Shown here one piece after another: positions 36,399-45,590 of a stretch of DNA of 64,000 bases. The notes under the pieces are model-generated. The model was not told where the DNA came from. It was given only the letters and a program-made list of their open reading frames with translations, and did no database searches. Source of the DNA: a virus (lineage: Duplodnaviria > Caudoviricetes); IMG/VR virus record IMGVR_UViG_3300046518_000260, positions 1 to 64,000 of that record. One strand, 5' to 3'. The position numbers were made by a program, and so were the translations under genes. How positions within the stretch are numbered: position 1 is the first letter of the stretch; every line of letters begins with the position of its first letter.

Positions 36399-36562
36399 TG
36401 TTTCGCCCTATGGTCCGTCTGGACATCAGTGTTAATAGTCTTGCCTCTTGGGTCTGTAAGGCATGTCGTCACCGTTGCCAAAATGAACAATAGGACAATG
36501 GCCGCTAGCCATTTCCAAATATTTACTTCGTGAGGATTGCGACGACGCCAAACGCCCATCAT
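36395..36562 (-). CDS. 55-aa single-TM protein
   Basis: AGGAG SD; MMGVWRRRNPHEVNIWKWLAAIVLLFILATVTTC...; not in ORF track. Confidence 0.65.
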   Translation of the reverse strand: MMGVWRRRNPHEVNIWKWLAAIVLLFILATVTTCLTDPRGKTINTDVQTDHRAKQ

Positions 36563-36573
36563 TAATCTCCTGT

Positions 36574-36612
36574 TAAAAGCCCTGTCGGCGAGTGCCGTAC
36601 ACCGACAGGGCT
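36574..36612 (-). terminator. intrinsic terminator
   Basis: AGCCCTGTCGG/CCGACAGGGCT 11-bp stem then TTT. Confidence 0.65.
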
Positions 36613-36645
36613 AGTCCTAGGCCGGGTTGAGTTGGAGAGACCGAC

Positions 36646-36978
36646 CTAAGCTTCTTCCTTCGTGCCGATGCGGACGAAGGTGTTTATGGTTTCTGTTATC
36701 GTGCGCTTGTGCTTCTTGCAGTAATTACGCAATAGCACGGCGGCGTCAGGTTCCAACCGCAAATTGATCCGACCCGTGGTCATTTTGCCGCGCTTGATCC
36801 CCAACTCCCAAAGCTTGGAATAAATCGAGGCTGGCGTGCGACCGAGCGCCCGGCCAATTTCCTTGGCCGTATGGCCGCGCGCATCCATTGCACGGGCTTT
36901 GTCGATATCTTCCTGTATCCACAACCGGGCGCTCATCGGCGTCGGTCTTTTAACAATCTTCCTTGGCATAACATCCAT
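36646..36978 (-). CDS. GcrA-N-like HTH fused to RHH-like domain; transcription regulator
   Basis: WIQEDIDKARAMDARGHTAKEIGRALGRTPASIYSKLWELG then RINLRLEPDAAVLLRNYC. Confidence 0.6.
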   Translation of the reverse strand: MDVMPRKIVKRPTPMSARLWIQEDIDKARAMDARGHTAKEIGRALGRTPASIYSKLWELGIKRGKMTTGRINLRLEPDAAVLLRNYCKKHKRTITETINTFVRIGTKEEA

Positions 36979-37280
36979 TATAGTAACCGCCTTGAAGCCG
37001 GGACATGGTTCACAGGTCCGTGGGCCTTCTCAATCATATGATGGAACACGCGCAAGACGCGATCTTTCGGCCATTCTTCATTGAGCAGATACCAAAGCTC
37101 GGCACCTTGCTGCATGTCAAAACCGATATATTCATAGATTGGACGCCACGTAGGCCATTTTTCAATGCCCATGTGCTGCATGATATGCCCGGCAATATCT
37201 GTTTCTAGTCTAAGGTTGTCGTACTCCGGGTCGTCTTCACAAAGACGGAGTACGGCGATCGCGTTTTCTTTGGGCGTCAT
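36978..37280 (-). CDS. hypothetical protein
   Basis: AAGGAG SD before MTPKE. Confidence 0.7.
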   Translation of the reverse strand: MTPKENAIAVLRLCEDDPEYDNLRLETDIAGHIMQHMGIEKWPTWRPIYEYIGFDMQQGAELWYLLNEEWPKDRVLRVFHHMIEKAHGPVNHVPASRRLL

Positions 37281-37356
37281 TTGTGGCTCCTTGACCTTGA
37301 CACTGTGGCACGTTTCGGCCATTAATGGCAAGGTATTTTATTAACTGACGAGCCTG

Positions 37357-37635
37357 CTAACCCAATGTTCCTGCGGGAAACATGAGCGGGTATCCAAAGT
37401 CGCTGTTGTCACTGAACAGGACCATACTCAGGTCAGTGTGCGGCCCGCTAAGGCCCGGCAACCTGCCGCCGTTGCTTGCCAGCAGCGCGTCAATAAACTG
37501 AACTTTGGAACCGACCGTGTAGATGCGGAACAATTCAGCGCTAATGAAGCATTTGCCTTCGGTATAGTATTTTCCGCTTTCACGGAAGTAGTATGCGGTC
37601 CACGGTTCGCCGACTTTTTGTAATGCGTCTGTCAT
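37357..37635 (-). CDS. hypothetical protein
   Basis: YYFRESGKYYTEG motif. Confidence 0.65.
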   Translation of the reverse strand: MTDALQKVGEPWTAYYFRESGKYYTEGKCFISAELFRIYTVGSKVQFIDALLASNGGRLPGLSGPHTDLSMVLFSDNSDFGYPLMFPAGTLG

Positions 37636-37916
37636 TTTATGCCCAATACCCTTTGGAATTCGTCTTGTTTTTCGGAGGCTCCAAGATCATAAGCCGCCTC
37701 CAGGATGTGGAGAATGGACTGCAGATCGTAGTAGCCCTTCTCCGTGTTGGGGAACGTCGCCACGGTATACTCGCGGCGGCGCAATTCAAGCCTATCTGCT
37801 TTTGACTTCGGGGCGCGGTTCCATTCCTTCATGCACTGGACGGTTATCCCGGCGCATACTCTGAACACATCCCAATCCGGAGAGTATCTATCTGGCAGAA
37901 CGAATTCGTTCTTCAC
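37632..37916 (-). CDS. hypothetical protein
   Basis: 94 aa. Confidence 0.6.
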   Translation of the reverse strand: MKNEFVLPDRYSPDWDVFRVCAGITVQCMKEWNRAPKSKADRLELRRREYTVATFPNTEKGYYDLQSILHILEAAYDLGASEKQDEFQRVLGIK

Positions 37917-38476
37917 TAGACTATGAACCTCGACTTCAACTCATACTTGATGCTGGTCTTATCGAACTTGATTGGGATCGCCTGTTGCAAGTTGATCTTC
38001 TTCATCATGGCGATAAGGTCGCAGCAAATGATGACGTCGGAAAGCTCGTCGGCCAAGTCCCCAACGGTTGCTCTAGAACCGGCAAGGCCCAGGATTTCCC
38101 GCTGCATCTTCTTGACGACGTTGCCGACTTCGCCAGCTTCGCCGATCATTTCAGCAAAGCGGAACATCATGTCGATCTTGTGCGACGGGTCCCATTCCGC
38201 GTCGCGCAGAACATTGCTAGCGCGCAGGCGCTGCATAAAGTCAACCATATATGTATTCTCCTGTTTCGGTGGTATGATTTCAAGTGCTCGCGGATGGCAC
38301 GGTACGGCATGCTTTTCGCCATTGAACCGGACCTTGACGTAGTGGGTGTCGCTGCCGCGATGATGCTCCACCACACCAATGTCACCAAAGCGCACGCCCG
38401 GTTCGCTCCATGTCACGAACATGCCAACATTGAACGTAATTTCATAATAGTCTTCAATGTACTGGTAGTCGCTCAC
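37916..38476 (-). CDS. mazG: MazG-like NTP pyrophosphohydrolase with SH3-like N-terminal extension
   Basis: EMIGEAGEVGNVVKK...LADELSDVIICCD...KFDKT; internal AGGAG + ATG 38248. Confidence 0.8.
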   Translation of the reverse strand: MSDYQYIEDYYEITFNVGMFVTWSEPGVRFGDIGVVEHHRGSDTHYVKVRFNGEKHAVPCHPRALEIIPPKQENTYMVDFMQRLRASNVLRDAEWDPSHKIDMMFRFAEMIGEAGEVGNVVKKMQREILGLAGSRATVGDLADELSDVIICCDLIAMMKKINLQQAIPIKFDKTSIKYELKSRFIV

Positions 38477-39213
38477 AGCTTTATTCTCCGGCTTGGGGCG
38501 GCGGGCATTTCGTCACCCGGCTGGAAGTTCACGAGGCACGGTTCGATATAGACGATCTTGGTCTGCTCGTTCCCAGGACCGTAGTGCTGCCGTCGCGTAT
38601 AACCGGCACGCAGATGCACGCGCATCTTGCCGCCGCTGACGTGCTTCGTCGCCTTGCCGTTACGGTCATAGACTGTTGCGATCCGTATGACCGTAACGGC
38701 AGGAATAAGGGAGCGGCCCTTGCGCTCGCGCTGCTTGTTCAGGGCGTCGCAGGTAATGTGCGTCTTTTCAATGCCCTTGGTGTTCAGGAACAAAAGCGCC
38801 ATGGTCGCCGCTGCTATGATCGCGTGCCCGTGCTGCATCTGCTCCGGGCCATTGCAGACCATGCCGTCCTTTTCGATATACAGGTCGGCTTGCGGACAAG
38901 CATAGACCGTGCGGTCGGTTGGTAGGTGCAGGAATATCGCGGTGCACTTTATGCACTCGCCCTTGTCGATCATCAGGATGAACCAGCGGAACTGTTCGGT
39001 CGCCGAGAATTCCATGACCATTGGGGAATATGGCAACTTCATGATGCCTGCCTCGACCAAGGCTTGCACAGACTTGAACGCATCCTCGCGCTGGATGATC
39101 TGAACAACGTCATTCTCGACCAGATATTTCGCGGAGTTTTGGTAGAGTTCTCTCACTTCATGATTGATGCCAGCCCAAGTGATCCGGTGTTGTGCCGTGT
39201 AAACCCGATCCAT
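38473..39213 (-). CDS. conserved phage protein
   Basis: KRERKGR...RVHLRAGYTRRQHYGPG...VYIEP C-terminal motif. Confidence 0.7.
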   Translation of the reverse strand: MDRVYTAQHRITWAGINHEVRELYQNSAKYLVENDVVQIIQREDAFKSVQALVEAGIMKLPYSPMVMEFSATEQFRWFILMIDKGECIKCTAIFLHLPTDRTVYACPQADLYIEKDGMVCNGPEQMQHGHAIIAAATMALLFLNTKGIEKTHITCDALNKQRERKGRSLIPAVTVIRIATVYDRNGKATKHVSGGKMRVHLRAGYTRRQHYGPGNEQTKIVYIEPCLVNFQPGDEMPAAPSRRIKL

Positions 39214-39360
39214 TTACTTGCCTCGCACGAGTGAGACGACCATGGCAACGGCGAAGCATGCACCGTAGGCGGCAGCATAGGCAAATGATGTTCCCATAAT
39301 CAGCACACCAAACCAGACGGCAAAACTTTGGAACGCGAAGTCCAGAAATTGCATCAGCAT
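39214..39360 (-). CDS. 48-aa membrane peptide
   Basis: MLMQFLDFAFQSFAVWFGVLIMG...; fills operon gap exactly. Confidence 0.6.
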   Translation of the reverse strand: MLMQFLDFAFQSFAVWFGVLIMGTSFAYAAAYGACFAVAMVVSLVRGK

Positions 39361-39650
39361 TAAAGCAGGCTCCCGACGGGCGACTGACCGTTTAGGAAAC
39401 GATCCCAGCCGCTGAATGTATTGACAATGCCGAGCTGTGCGGCAGTGATGACGAAATGCGGAGCCTCAATATCGCACCGCTCGACCCCGTAAAGTTCAAT
39501 GTGTGCGAAGAAACGGCGCATATAATTTTCTTCTAATGCACCAGCCTGTGTCAGTTCCCATTGGGGTTTTACTGACAGAATGTTTTCCCACGCTGAAATA
39601 TATGCGACCTGCATTTTTTGTACTTGCTGTTTGTTCTTGATTGTAGACAC
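39360..39650 (-). CDS. hypothetical protein
   Basis: GTG, GGAGAG SD. Confidence 0.6.
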   Translation of the reverse strand: MSTIKNKQQVQKMQVAYISAWENILSVKPQWELTQAGALEENYMRRFFAHIELYGVERCDIEAPHFVITAAQLGIVNTFSGWDRFLNGQSPVGSLL

Positions 39651-39859
39651 GACTTGCTCTCCGCTCTATGTTGGCTAACTTGGCATGTGGCAAAATAAAA
39701 GGCAAGCTATTTTATACACAAGAAAACATAGCAATTACAACGGTCTACAAAAATAAAAGTTTTTGAGGTTGCATGGCAATTAAAACCTATTAAAAGTGGT
39801 AAACGAGCCAAAATGTGAACGGATAGCTCGTTTACAAGCGCTCTTGGAGCAATAATCAA

Positions 39860-40693
39860 ATGACAAAAGCGATTGCAAAAGCTGAGACCCCAAAGGTTCC
39901 GGCGACGGGGTTTGCTGCCGGGCGTTTCGACACTGGCAAAACGGGCCTCGAGAATGTTACGTCGAAGGATCTGTTGATCCCTCGCCTAACGATCCTCCAA
40001 GCACTGAGCCCACAGTGCGTTGAAGGTAAGCCTGAGTATCGTGAAGAGCTGCGGCCCGGCATGATCTACGACACGGGCCTGAGCGAGCACTTCAACAAGG
40101 AACTTGGCTTTGTTCCTGTCCACTTCGACAAGCAGTGGATTGAATGGGCTCCGCGCGAAACTGGCAAGGGCCTTATCAACATTTACGACAATGATGATAT
40201 TATGGCGCAGACCGAAGAAGACATCAACGGTCGTGATGCGCTGCCCAACGGCAACTACATCGTCGAGACAGCCCAAATCTACGGCCTCAATCTCAACGCC
40301 AAGTTGCGCCCGAGTTTCATCGCCCTCACAGGCATGCAGCTCAAGAAGGCCCGCCGCTGGCTGACGCTGGCAACCTCTGAAGAGATCGAACGGCCGGACG
40401 GAACTGTGTTCCAGGCACCGTTCTACTATCGGAGCTACAAGCTGACCACGACGCCCGAAAGCAATGCCAAGGGCAATTGGGTCGGTTGGGTCATCGACCG
40501 CGCCCGGTCCATTCCCGAGTTTGCCGAGAAGGACGAAGCCGCTGCTGAACGTTTGTTCACCAAGGCTATTTCGTTCAAGGAAAGCATCGATGCCGGTCTT
40601 GCCAAGGCCGACACTTCGACGCTCGACGATGGTGCGGGTGCTTCTGCAGGCGGCAAGCGCGGCGGCAGCAAAGACACAGGGCAGGAAATGTAA
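39860..40693 (+). CDS. probable ssDNA-binding/recombination protein
   Basis: DLLIPRLTILQALSP...PGMIY...WIEW...NAKGNWVGW; first gene of replication operon. Confidence 0.5.
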   Translation: MTKAIAKAETPKVPATGFAAGRFDTGKTGLENVTSKDLLIPRLTILQALSPQCVEGKPEYREELRPGMIYDTGLSEHFNKELGFVPVHFDKQWIEWAPRETGKGLINIYDNDDIMAQTEEDINGRDALPNGNYIVETAQIYGLNLNAKLRPSFIALTGMQLKKARRWLTLATSEEIERPDGTVFQAPFYYRSYKLTTTPESNAKGNWVGWVIDRARSIPEFAEKDEAAAERLFTKAISFKESIDAGLAKADTSTLDDGAGASAGGKRGGSKDTGQEM

Positions 40694-41331
40694 TGGAGCT
40701 ACTCGACAGAATAGCGCAACAAGTGGAGGCAGCTACGGCTGCCTCCGGCAACACCGAAAAGATCGTTAAGCTTGTCGAAGAAGCCAGCGATCTGCAGGAC
40801 GAGATCGAAGGCATGATGGAGATGCTGAAGACCCGCATTGGGCGCTTCAATCGCATCAAGCAATACGAGCTTGTTGAAGCAATGAAACTCGCCAACACTG
40901 GCGAGTACAAGACCCTCGACAGAAAGATCAAGGTAAAACTTGATAATTATGTCAGCGGTTCGCTCCCCAAGGAGGAACACGACCGTGAATTTGCACTTGG
41001 GGAACTGATCAGGGTCGGCGGACAACGGTTGATCAAGACCGGTATTTCGGTCGACTTCCCGAAGTCGATGCACAATGCCGCCAGTGTGGTGTTCGGCAAG
41101 CTTGCCGATCTGTGCAAGGAAATCGCGGTTGACGGCGAAGACGTCGAGCCTACCATGACCGAAGGCGTCCATGCCGCCAGCCTTCAGGCGTTTGCCAAGG
41201 AACTGATCAAGACTGGCAGCGACGTCAAGCTTGACGTGCTTGGGCTTTCTTCTGGACAGGTTGCCAAGTTCGAGTTTTACGACGAGAACGGCAAGAAGAA
41301 AAAGAAGTTGAGCCTTGAAGATGTTAAATAG
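40693..41331 (+). CDS. conserved phage replication-module protein
   Basis: 212 aa, TAATG overlap. Confidence 0.6.
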   Translation: MELLDRIAQQVEAATAASGNTEKIVKLVEEASDLQDEIEGMMEMLKTRIGRFNRIKQYELVEAMKLANTGEYKTLDRKIKVKLDNYVSGSLPKEEHDREFALGELIRVGGQRLIKTGISVDFPKSMHNAASVVFGKLADLCKEIAVDGEDVEPTMTEGVHAASLQAFAKELIKTGSDVKLDVLGLSSGQVAKFEFYDENGKKKKKLSLEDVK

Positions 41332-41959
41332 CGAACACGTAGTAAAGCGGGACATGCAGAACTTGCTCGAAGTTATCGCGCAAGCCAGCAATGTTCAGCG
41401 GTACTCGCGTGACTTTATGGTCCATCGGGAACACCTGCTTGACCATATCGGCTTCATGTGCGTGTTCTGCTACTTCGTGGCCGGGCGTCTCAGCGAACAG
41501 GGTTATACCGTTCGTTTGGGGCGCCTGCTCAGCCGGGCGGTTGCCCATGACCTTGAAGAAGTAATCACGGGCGACGTACCGCGCCCAACGAAACATTCGT
41601 CGCCGGAAGTTACGGCGGCGCTGAAAGTCCATGAAGTTGTTGCCGTCAACAGATTGATTGCTATCCTTCGTGTGGACTTTGCTCAGGATTGGGCAGAAGC
41701 CAAGGCGGACGACCTCGAAGGCGATATCATCAAGCTTGGTGACATGGCGGCGGTCGTCTATAAGACCATGAGTGAAGTTGCCATGTTGGGCAACAAGTCT
41801 TTCATCCGCGTCTCGGACGAGATCACGGTGGAGATGGACAAGCTTGTGTTGAAAATGAAAGACCATCCCCTTGAATGGATCGTGTTAGAGCTTAGCGATC
41901 TATTGGCCCGCTCGCGGTCCGGGGACATCAGATTTGGAGCTTTCTTCAAAGGACTATAA
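41321..41959 (+). CDS. HD-domain 5'-deoxynucleotidase (YfbR/DatZ-like)
   Basis: VQRYS...EHLLDH...AHDLEEVITGDVPRPTK...IIKLGD. Confidence 0.85.
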   Translation: MLNSEHVVKRDMQNLLEVIAQASNVQRYSRDFMVHREHLLDHIGFMCVFCYFVAGRLSEQGYTVRLGRLLSRAVAHDLEEVITGDVPRPTKHSSPEVTAALKVHEVVAVNRLIAILRVDFAQDWAEAKADDLEGDIIKLGDMAAVVYKTMSEVAMLGNKSFIRVSDEITVEMDKLVLKMKDHPLEWIVLELSDLLARSRSGDIRFGAFFKGL

Positions 41960-41963
41960 GGCA

Positions 41964-43103
41964 ATGATAACAGGAGCAGGCATCGACATTCATGTCGATC
42001 GTATGCCTAACGGCGTGAATGTCGCTAAAGCATGGGGCACGTCACGCCCCAACGACAAGACGAGCAAGCTTGTTGATGTGTTGAAAGTCGACACACCCGT
42101 CAACGAAATTGAGGATTTCATCCTCACCGTCAAATGCCCGATCATCTTCCGCGAAATGTTGTTCAGCCTGAGAGACCATGTCGCTTGGGCGCGCACCAGT
42201 CGCGTTGACGACCTTAACCGTTGGGAAGTGTACTATCAGTATGCTGACCATCCCGGCGTCAAGGAATGCTACAAATCCATGATGTCGGCGCAAGTGCGCA
42301 ACGAAGCCCAGGACAACTTCCGCGAATGGTTGCCGATGGTTTACCTGACTTCGTTCACCCTCAAGCTTTCGGCCCGGACCCTGATCAGGTTTACCCAAGG
42401 CATCAACGAACTGCGCAAGAGTATCAGCCTTGAGCGCAGCCCCAAGCTTTGGGATATGGTCAACGACTTCTACAAAGAACTGCGTTGGGCCATCAACCAA
42501 AGCATCTATCAGGACTTGCCGATCGAAACATACGGGGCGGAAAACATCTTCCCTATGTGCGACAATATTGATGTTGCCAACGTCTCAGTGATGCAGGAAT
42601 TCGTCTACTGCTACGTTACCGACGTTCCTGTCAGTCTGCGGGCGCAGTTGGTGCGTCATCGGCCGGTCATGATCCGTGATACTATGCGGAACTTCCTGAC
42701 TGAAGATGGCGTGACCATGCCTATCCGTTCGCCTGTTGATGTTGCCATGGTCATGTCACTTGAGACGGCGCAGAACATGGTCAAGAAGCGCAACTGCTGG
42801 ATCGCTCAGGAGGACTTGTGGTCCCCAATCGTCAAGCAGCTGAACAAGGCCCTCGGGCCGAGCGACGGTTTTATCCTGCCTTGCACCAACAAGACGGAAT
42901 GCCCGGTCGCGCAGGACAATCAGTTGCGCTATGACGGCAAGGACCCGGCACCGCCTTGCCCTATATGGTGCGGCATGGGTGCCAAGCCCGTGACGTTTAA
43001 TCAACGTACCGATGTGTTGCGGTATATTGAAAAGCGCACCAATAGCACCAAGTTCTGGCAGGGTCAGGTCCAGTCACAACTCGCAGAAGAAGAAGGAGCG
43101 TAG
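41964..43103 (+). CDS. tandem ThyX/Thy1-like protein, divergent
   Basis: Domain 1 SLR-x7-TSR and FREWLP...SARTL; domain 2 RAQLVRHR and KKRNCWIAQ. Confidence 0.6.
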   Translation: MITGAGIDIHVDRMPNGVNVAKAWGTSRPNDKTSKLVDVLKVDTPVNEIEDFILTVKCPIIFREMLFSLRDHVAWARTSRVDDLNRWEVYYQYADHPGVKECYKSMMSAQVRNEAQDNFREWLPMVYLTSFTLKLSARTLIRFTQGINELRKSISLERSPKLWDMVNDFYKELRWAINQSIYQDLPIETYGAENIFPMCDNIDVANVSVMQEFVYCYVTDVPVSLRAQLVRHRPVMIRDTMRNFLTEDGVTMPIRSPVDVAMVMSLETAQNMVKKRNCWIAQEDLWSPIVKQLNKALGPSDGFILPCTNKTECPVAQDNQLRYDGKDPAPPCPIWCGMGAKPVTFNQRTDVLRYIEKRTNSTKFWQGQVQSQLAEEEGA

Positions 43104-43107
43104 GCCC

Positions 43108-43629
43108 ATGAGCCGATTTAAGTATGACGTGTATCTGGCAGGCCCGTTCTTCAACGACAAGCAGAAGGCCACCATGCACGCAGCCAAGGAAATGCTGCAA
43201 AGCCATGGCCTGATCGTCTGCGACCCGCAGGACCTTAGCCCGGTGCTCGTCGACCTGCCGCCGGAAGAGCGGAAGAAGCATGTGAAGGATATCTTCACCA
43301 ACAACATCGATGCAATGAACAGGAGCTTTGCCCTGCTCGCCTGCATCGATGACCGTGATACCGGCACTAGCTTTGAGCTTGGGTACTGCTTCGCCTCGTT
43401 CAAGGAGAAAGGTCCGATACTGACCTTCAGTTCGCAAGGTTTTGGGGCGAACGTCATGTTGTCTGAGGCGACAAATGCGCATTTTGAAACGCTTGGCGAT
43501 CTTGATGTCGGCCTACGCATTATCGGTAATTATCTGGTATGGTCTAGCGGTGCTCGTTCATCATATTTTTACAGCCAACTCTTCGCTGGTTATAAGACTA
43601 TTGGCAGCAAGGCAGTTGCGGTAGAATGA
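43108..43629 (+). CDS. nucleoside 2-deoxyribosyltransferase / dNMP N-glycosidase family
   Basis: VYLAGPFFN...DPQ...IFTNNIDAM...DTGTSFELGY. Confidence 0.85.
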   Translation: MSRFKYDVYLAGPFFNDKQKATMHAAKEMLQSHGLIVCDPQDLSPVLVDLPPEERKKHVKDIFTNNIDAMNRSFALLACIDDRDTGTSFELGYCFASFKEKGPILTFSSQGFGANVMLSEATNAHFETLGDLDVGLRIIGNYLVWSSGARSSYFYSQLFAGYKTIGSKAVAVE

Positions 43630-44078
43630 CAGTTGTCCTGCTAGTCGACCTTGAGGGTGTTCTGTTCAACAACGCCCAAAGGCTCCATCTGTTCAAAGCT
43701 GCACAGTGGGCCGAGTACGAAACTTCATTCCCGGACGACACAGTTTATCCGGTAATGAGCCAGTTCCTTTCTTCCGTGTATTGGTCAACCTTCGAGCTTG
43801 TCATTGTTACCGGTCGGTATCAGAAATACTATGACCAGACAGTGGAGCAAATGCGCAAGGTGAACATCCACCCGGAACATCTGTTGATGCGGGATAACTT
43901 CGACATCCCCAAGACGAAGGAGCCGGAACTCAAGCTGCAACTGCTTGACGAGATCAAACGCCTTTACCCGGAACCGGGCACGATGTTCATTGCACTTGAA
44001 GATCGTGACGATGTGGTCGAGGCATATCGCAACGCTGGCATTGAATGCTGGCAGGTCAGAAATGGAAGTATCGGATGA
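43626..44078 (+). CDS. HAD phosphatase (T4 PNK phosphatase-like)
   Basis: VDLEGVL, VTGR, LLMR, K, LEDRDDVV motifs. Confidence 0.8.
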   Translation: MTVVLLVDLEGVLFNNAQRLHLFKAAQWAEYETSFPDDTVYPVMSQFLSSVYWSTFELVIVTGRYQKYYDQTVEQMRKVNIHPEHLLMRDNFDIPKTKEPELKLQLLDEIKRLYPEPGTMFIALEDRDDVVEAYRNAGIECWQVRNGSIG

Positions 44079-44653
44079 AAGAATTACCAGAAGTGAAGCA
44101 AGTTCGGCCATACGTTGCGGCCGAACTTGAAAAGAAGGCCAAGATTTACGAGGAACGCAACAAGCTTTATGGCGACAACTACAAGCGCCATGGACTTGTC
44201 ATGCAGGCATTGTTCCCTTATGGCCTTGCCGTCACCAACGTCGAGAACCATAACCGGCTCGGAGTGTTCACGCAGATGGTTGCCAAGCTGACCCGCTACG
44301 CTGAAAACTTCCAGCGCGGCGGTCATGACGACAGCCTTGACGACCTGACGGTATATACCATGATGCTCAAGGAACTGGACATGGAGGCTGCCAGCATGGC
44401 GGAATACCATGGCTACGAGGAAGCTGCCCAAGCTGCGACCAATGAGCCGGAGGTCCAGGCGCGTGAAGCCGATAGCTTTCTCGGCCGATACCCGGACCCA
44501 ACCGCCGCAGACGCATTCGTCTATGGACGGACAGTTGTACGACCCGGCGCTGGAGAAGATAGCGAACAGGTTGCGCCAGAACCTCCGGCTCTAGACCAGC
44601 TTGAGCATAACTCAGACGCGCCGCCTGCCGTCCTGGAAGTCCCGCAAAAATGA
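44075..44653 (+). CDS. all-alpha pyrophosphatase-like domain (Nmad1/DUF6378-like) with acidic tail
   Basis: ERNKLYGDNY...AKLTRY...DDSLDDLTVY. Confidence 0.55.
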   Translation: MKELPEVKQVRPYVAAELEKKAKIYEERNKLYGDNYKRHGLVMQALFPYGLAVTNVENHNRLGVFTQMVAKLTRYAENFQRGGHDDSLDDLTVYTMMLKELDMEAASMAEYHGYEEAAQAATNEPEVQAREADSFLGRYPDPTAADAFVYGRTVVRPGAGEDSEQVAPEPPALDQLEHNSDAPPAVLEVPQK

Positions 44654-45186
44654 GGGACTTGGTATTCGATACCGAGACGACCGATCTTATTGATAACATC
44701 GGTCGTCCCCTTTCCAAGCAGCCATATGTGATTGAATTTTTCGGCATCACTGTGGAGCGGGAAGCTCGCGAAGTCACCGAAGAAACTTTGTCTTTGTTGA
44801 TCAAGCCGCCGTTCGTTATTACCGAAACCACGACCCAGATCACCGGCATCACTGCGCCGATGCTCGTCAATGCCCCAACCTTCTCGTTTGTGGCAAAGCA
44901 AATCAAAGATTACGTCGAAAGCCATGATCGTATCGTTGCCCATAATGCCGGGTACGATAAAGACATGCTTGAGATTGAATTCAAACGGCTAGGTGTGGAG
45001 ATAAACCTGCCGGAAGTGATTTGCACCATTGAAGGTACGGAACACCTGAAAGGCTACCGCCTCAACCTTGGGGCGTTGCACACTGAATTGTTCGGCGCAG
45101 ACTTCGCTGACCACCATAGAGCCGAGCCGGATACGCGGGCAACTGCCCGCTGTTATGTTGAACTCTTGAACAGGGGAATTCTATGA
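44650..45186 (+). CDS. dnaQ: DnaQ-like DEDDh 3'-5' exonuclease
   Basis: FDTETT, AHNAGYD, HHRAEPD. Confidence 0.9.
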   Translation: MRDLVFDTETTDLIDNIGRPLSKQPYVIEFFGITVEREAREVTEETLSLLIKPPFVITETTTQITGITAPMLVNAPTFSFVAKQIKDYVESHDRIVAHNAGYDKDMLEIEFKRLGVEINLPEVICTIEGTEHLKGYRLNLGALHTELFGADFADHHRAEPDTRATARCYVELLNRGIL

Positions 45187-45590
45187 AGAAGCCACGCACC
45201 GGACCCAATCAGCATATGCAGTCGCTGCAAGCGATTGTCAAGATGTTTGAGGAAGGCAAGGCTAAACAGTTCGCAATCGTCTGTGATGCACATGTCATGG
45301 GCGAGCTAGTTGACCGTGGCGGCGCTGCCGTACAGGCGCTAGGCTACCCGGTTTTGTATAGCCGTCACATGGCCTCGATAAGCGGCGGCACCAACGATAA
45401 TAAGAAAGGCTTGGGGCTTGAGATCAATTACCTCGCCCTGAACCACGATACTATCGACCGGTTGCGCGGTCGGCCTCTGTACGTTTTCAATATTGCCGAA
45501 ATGGGTGTGCACACTTTGTCATTGGACAACCTGCGCCACCTCGACGACCTGATTGCCGAAATGAACTCCAGGATGGAACTACCCCAATGA
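45183..45590 (+). CDS. hypothetical protein
   Basis: 135 aa, ATGA overlaps on both sides. Confidence 0.65.
   Translation: MKKPRTGPNQHMQSLQAIVKMFEEGKAKQFAIVCDAHVMGELVDRGGAAVQALGYPVLYSRHMASISGGTNDNKKGLGLEINYLALNHDTIDRLRGRPLYVFNIAEMGVHTLSLDNLRHLDDLIAEMNSRMELPQ

Noticed and set aside
39780-39793. TTAA-N6-TTAA at the replication-operon promoter region (also 27797)
   Set aside because: Spacing is one base short of the CtrA consensus, so not counted among perfect boxes.
41321-45186. Z-genome (2-aminoadenine) or 7-deazaguanine system
   Set aside because: The HD protein is DatZ/YfbR-like, but no PurZ, DpdA or Que genes are in the window.
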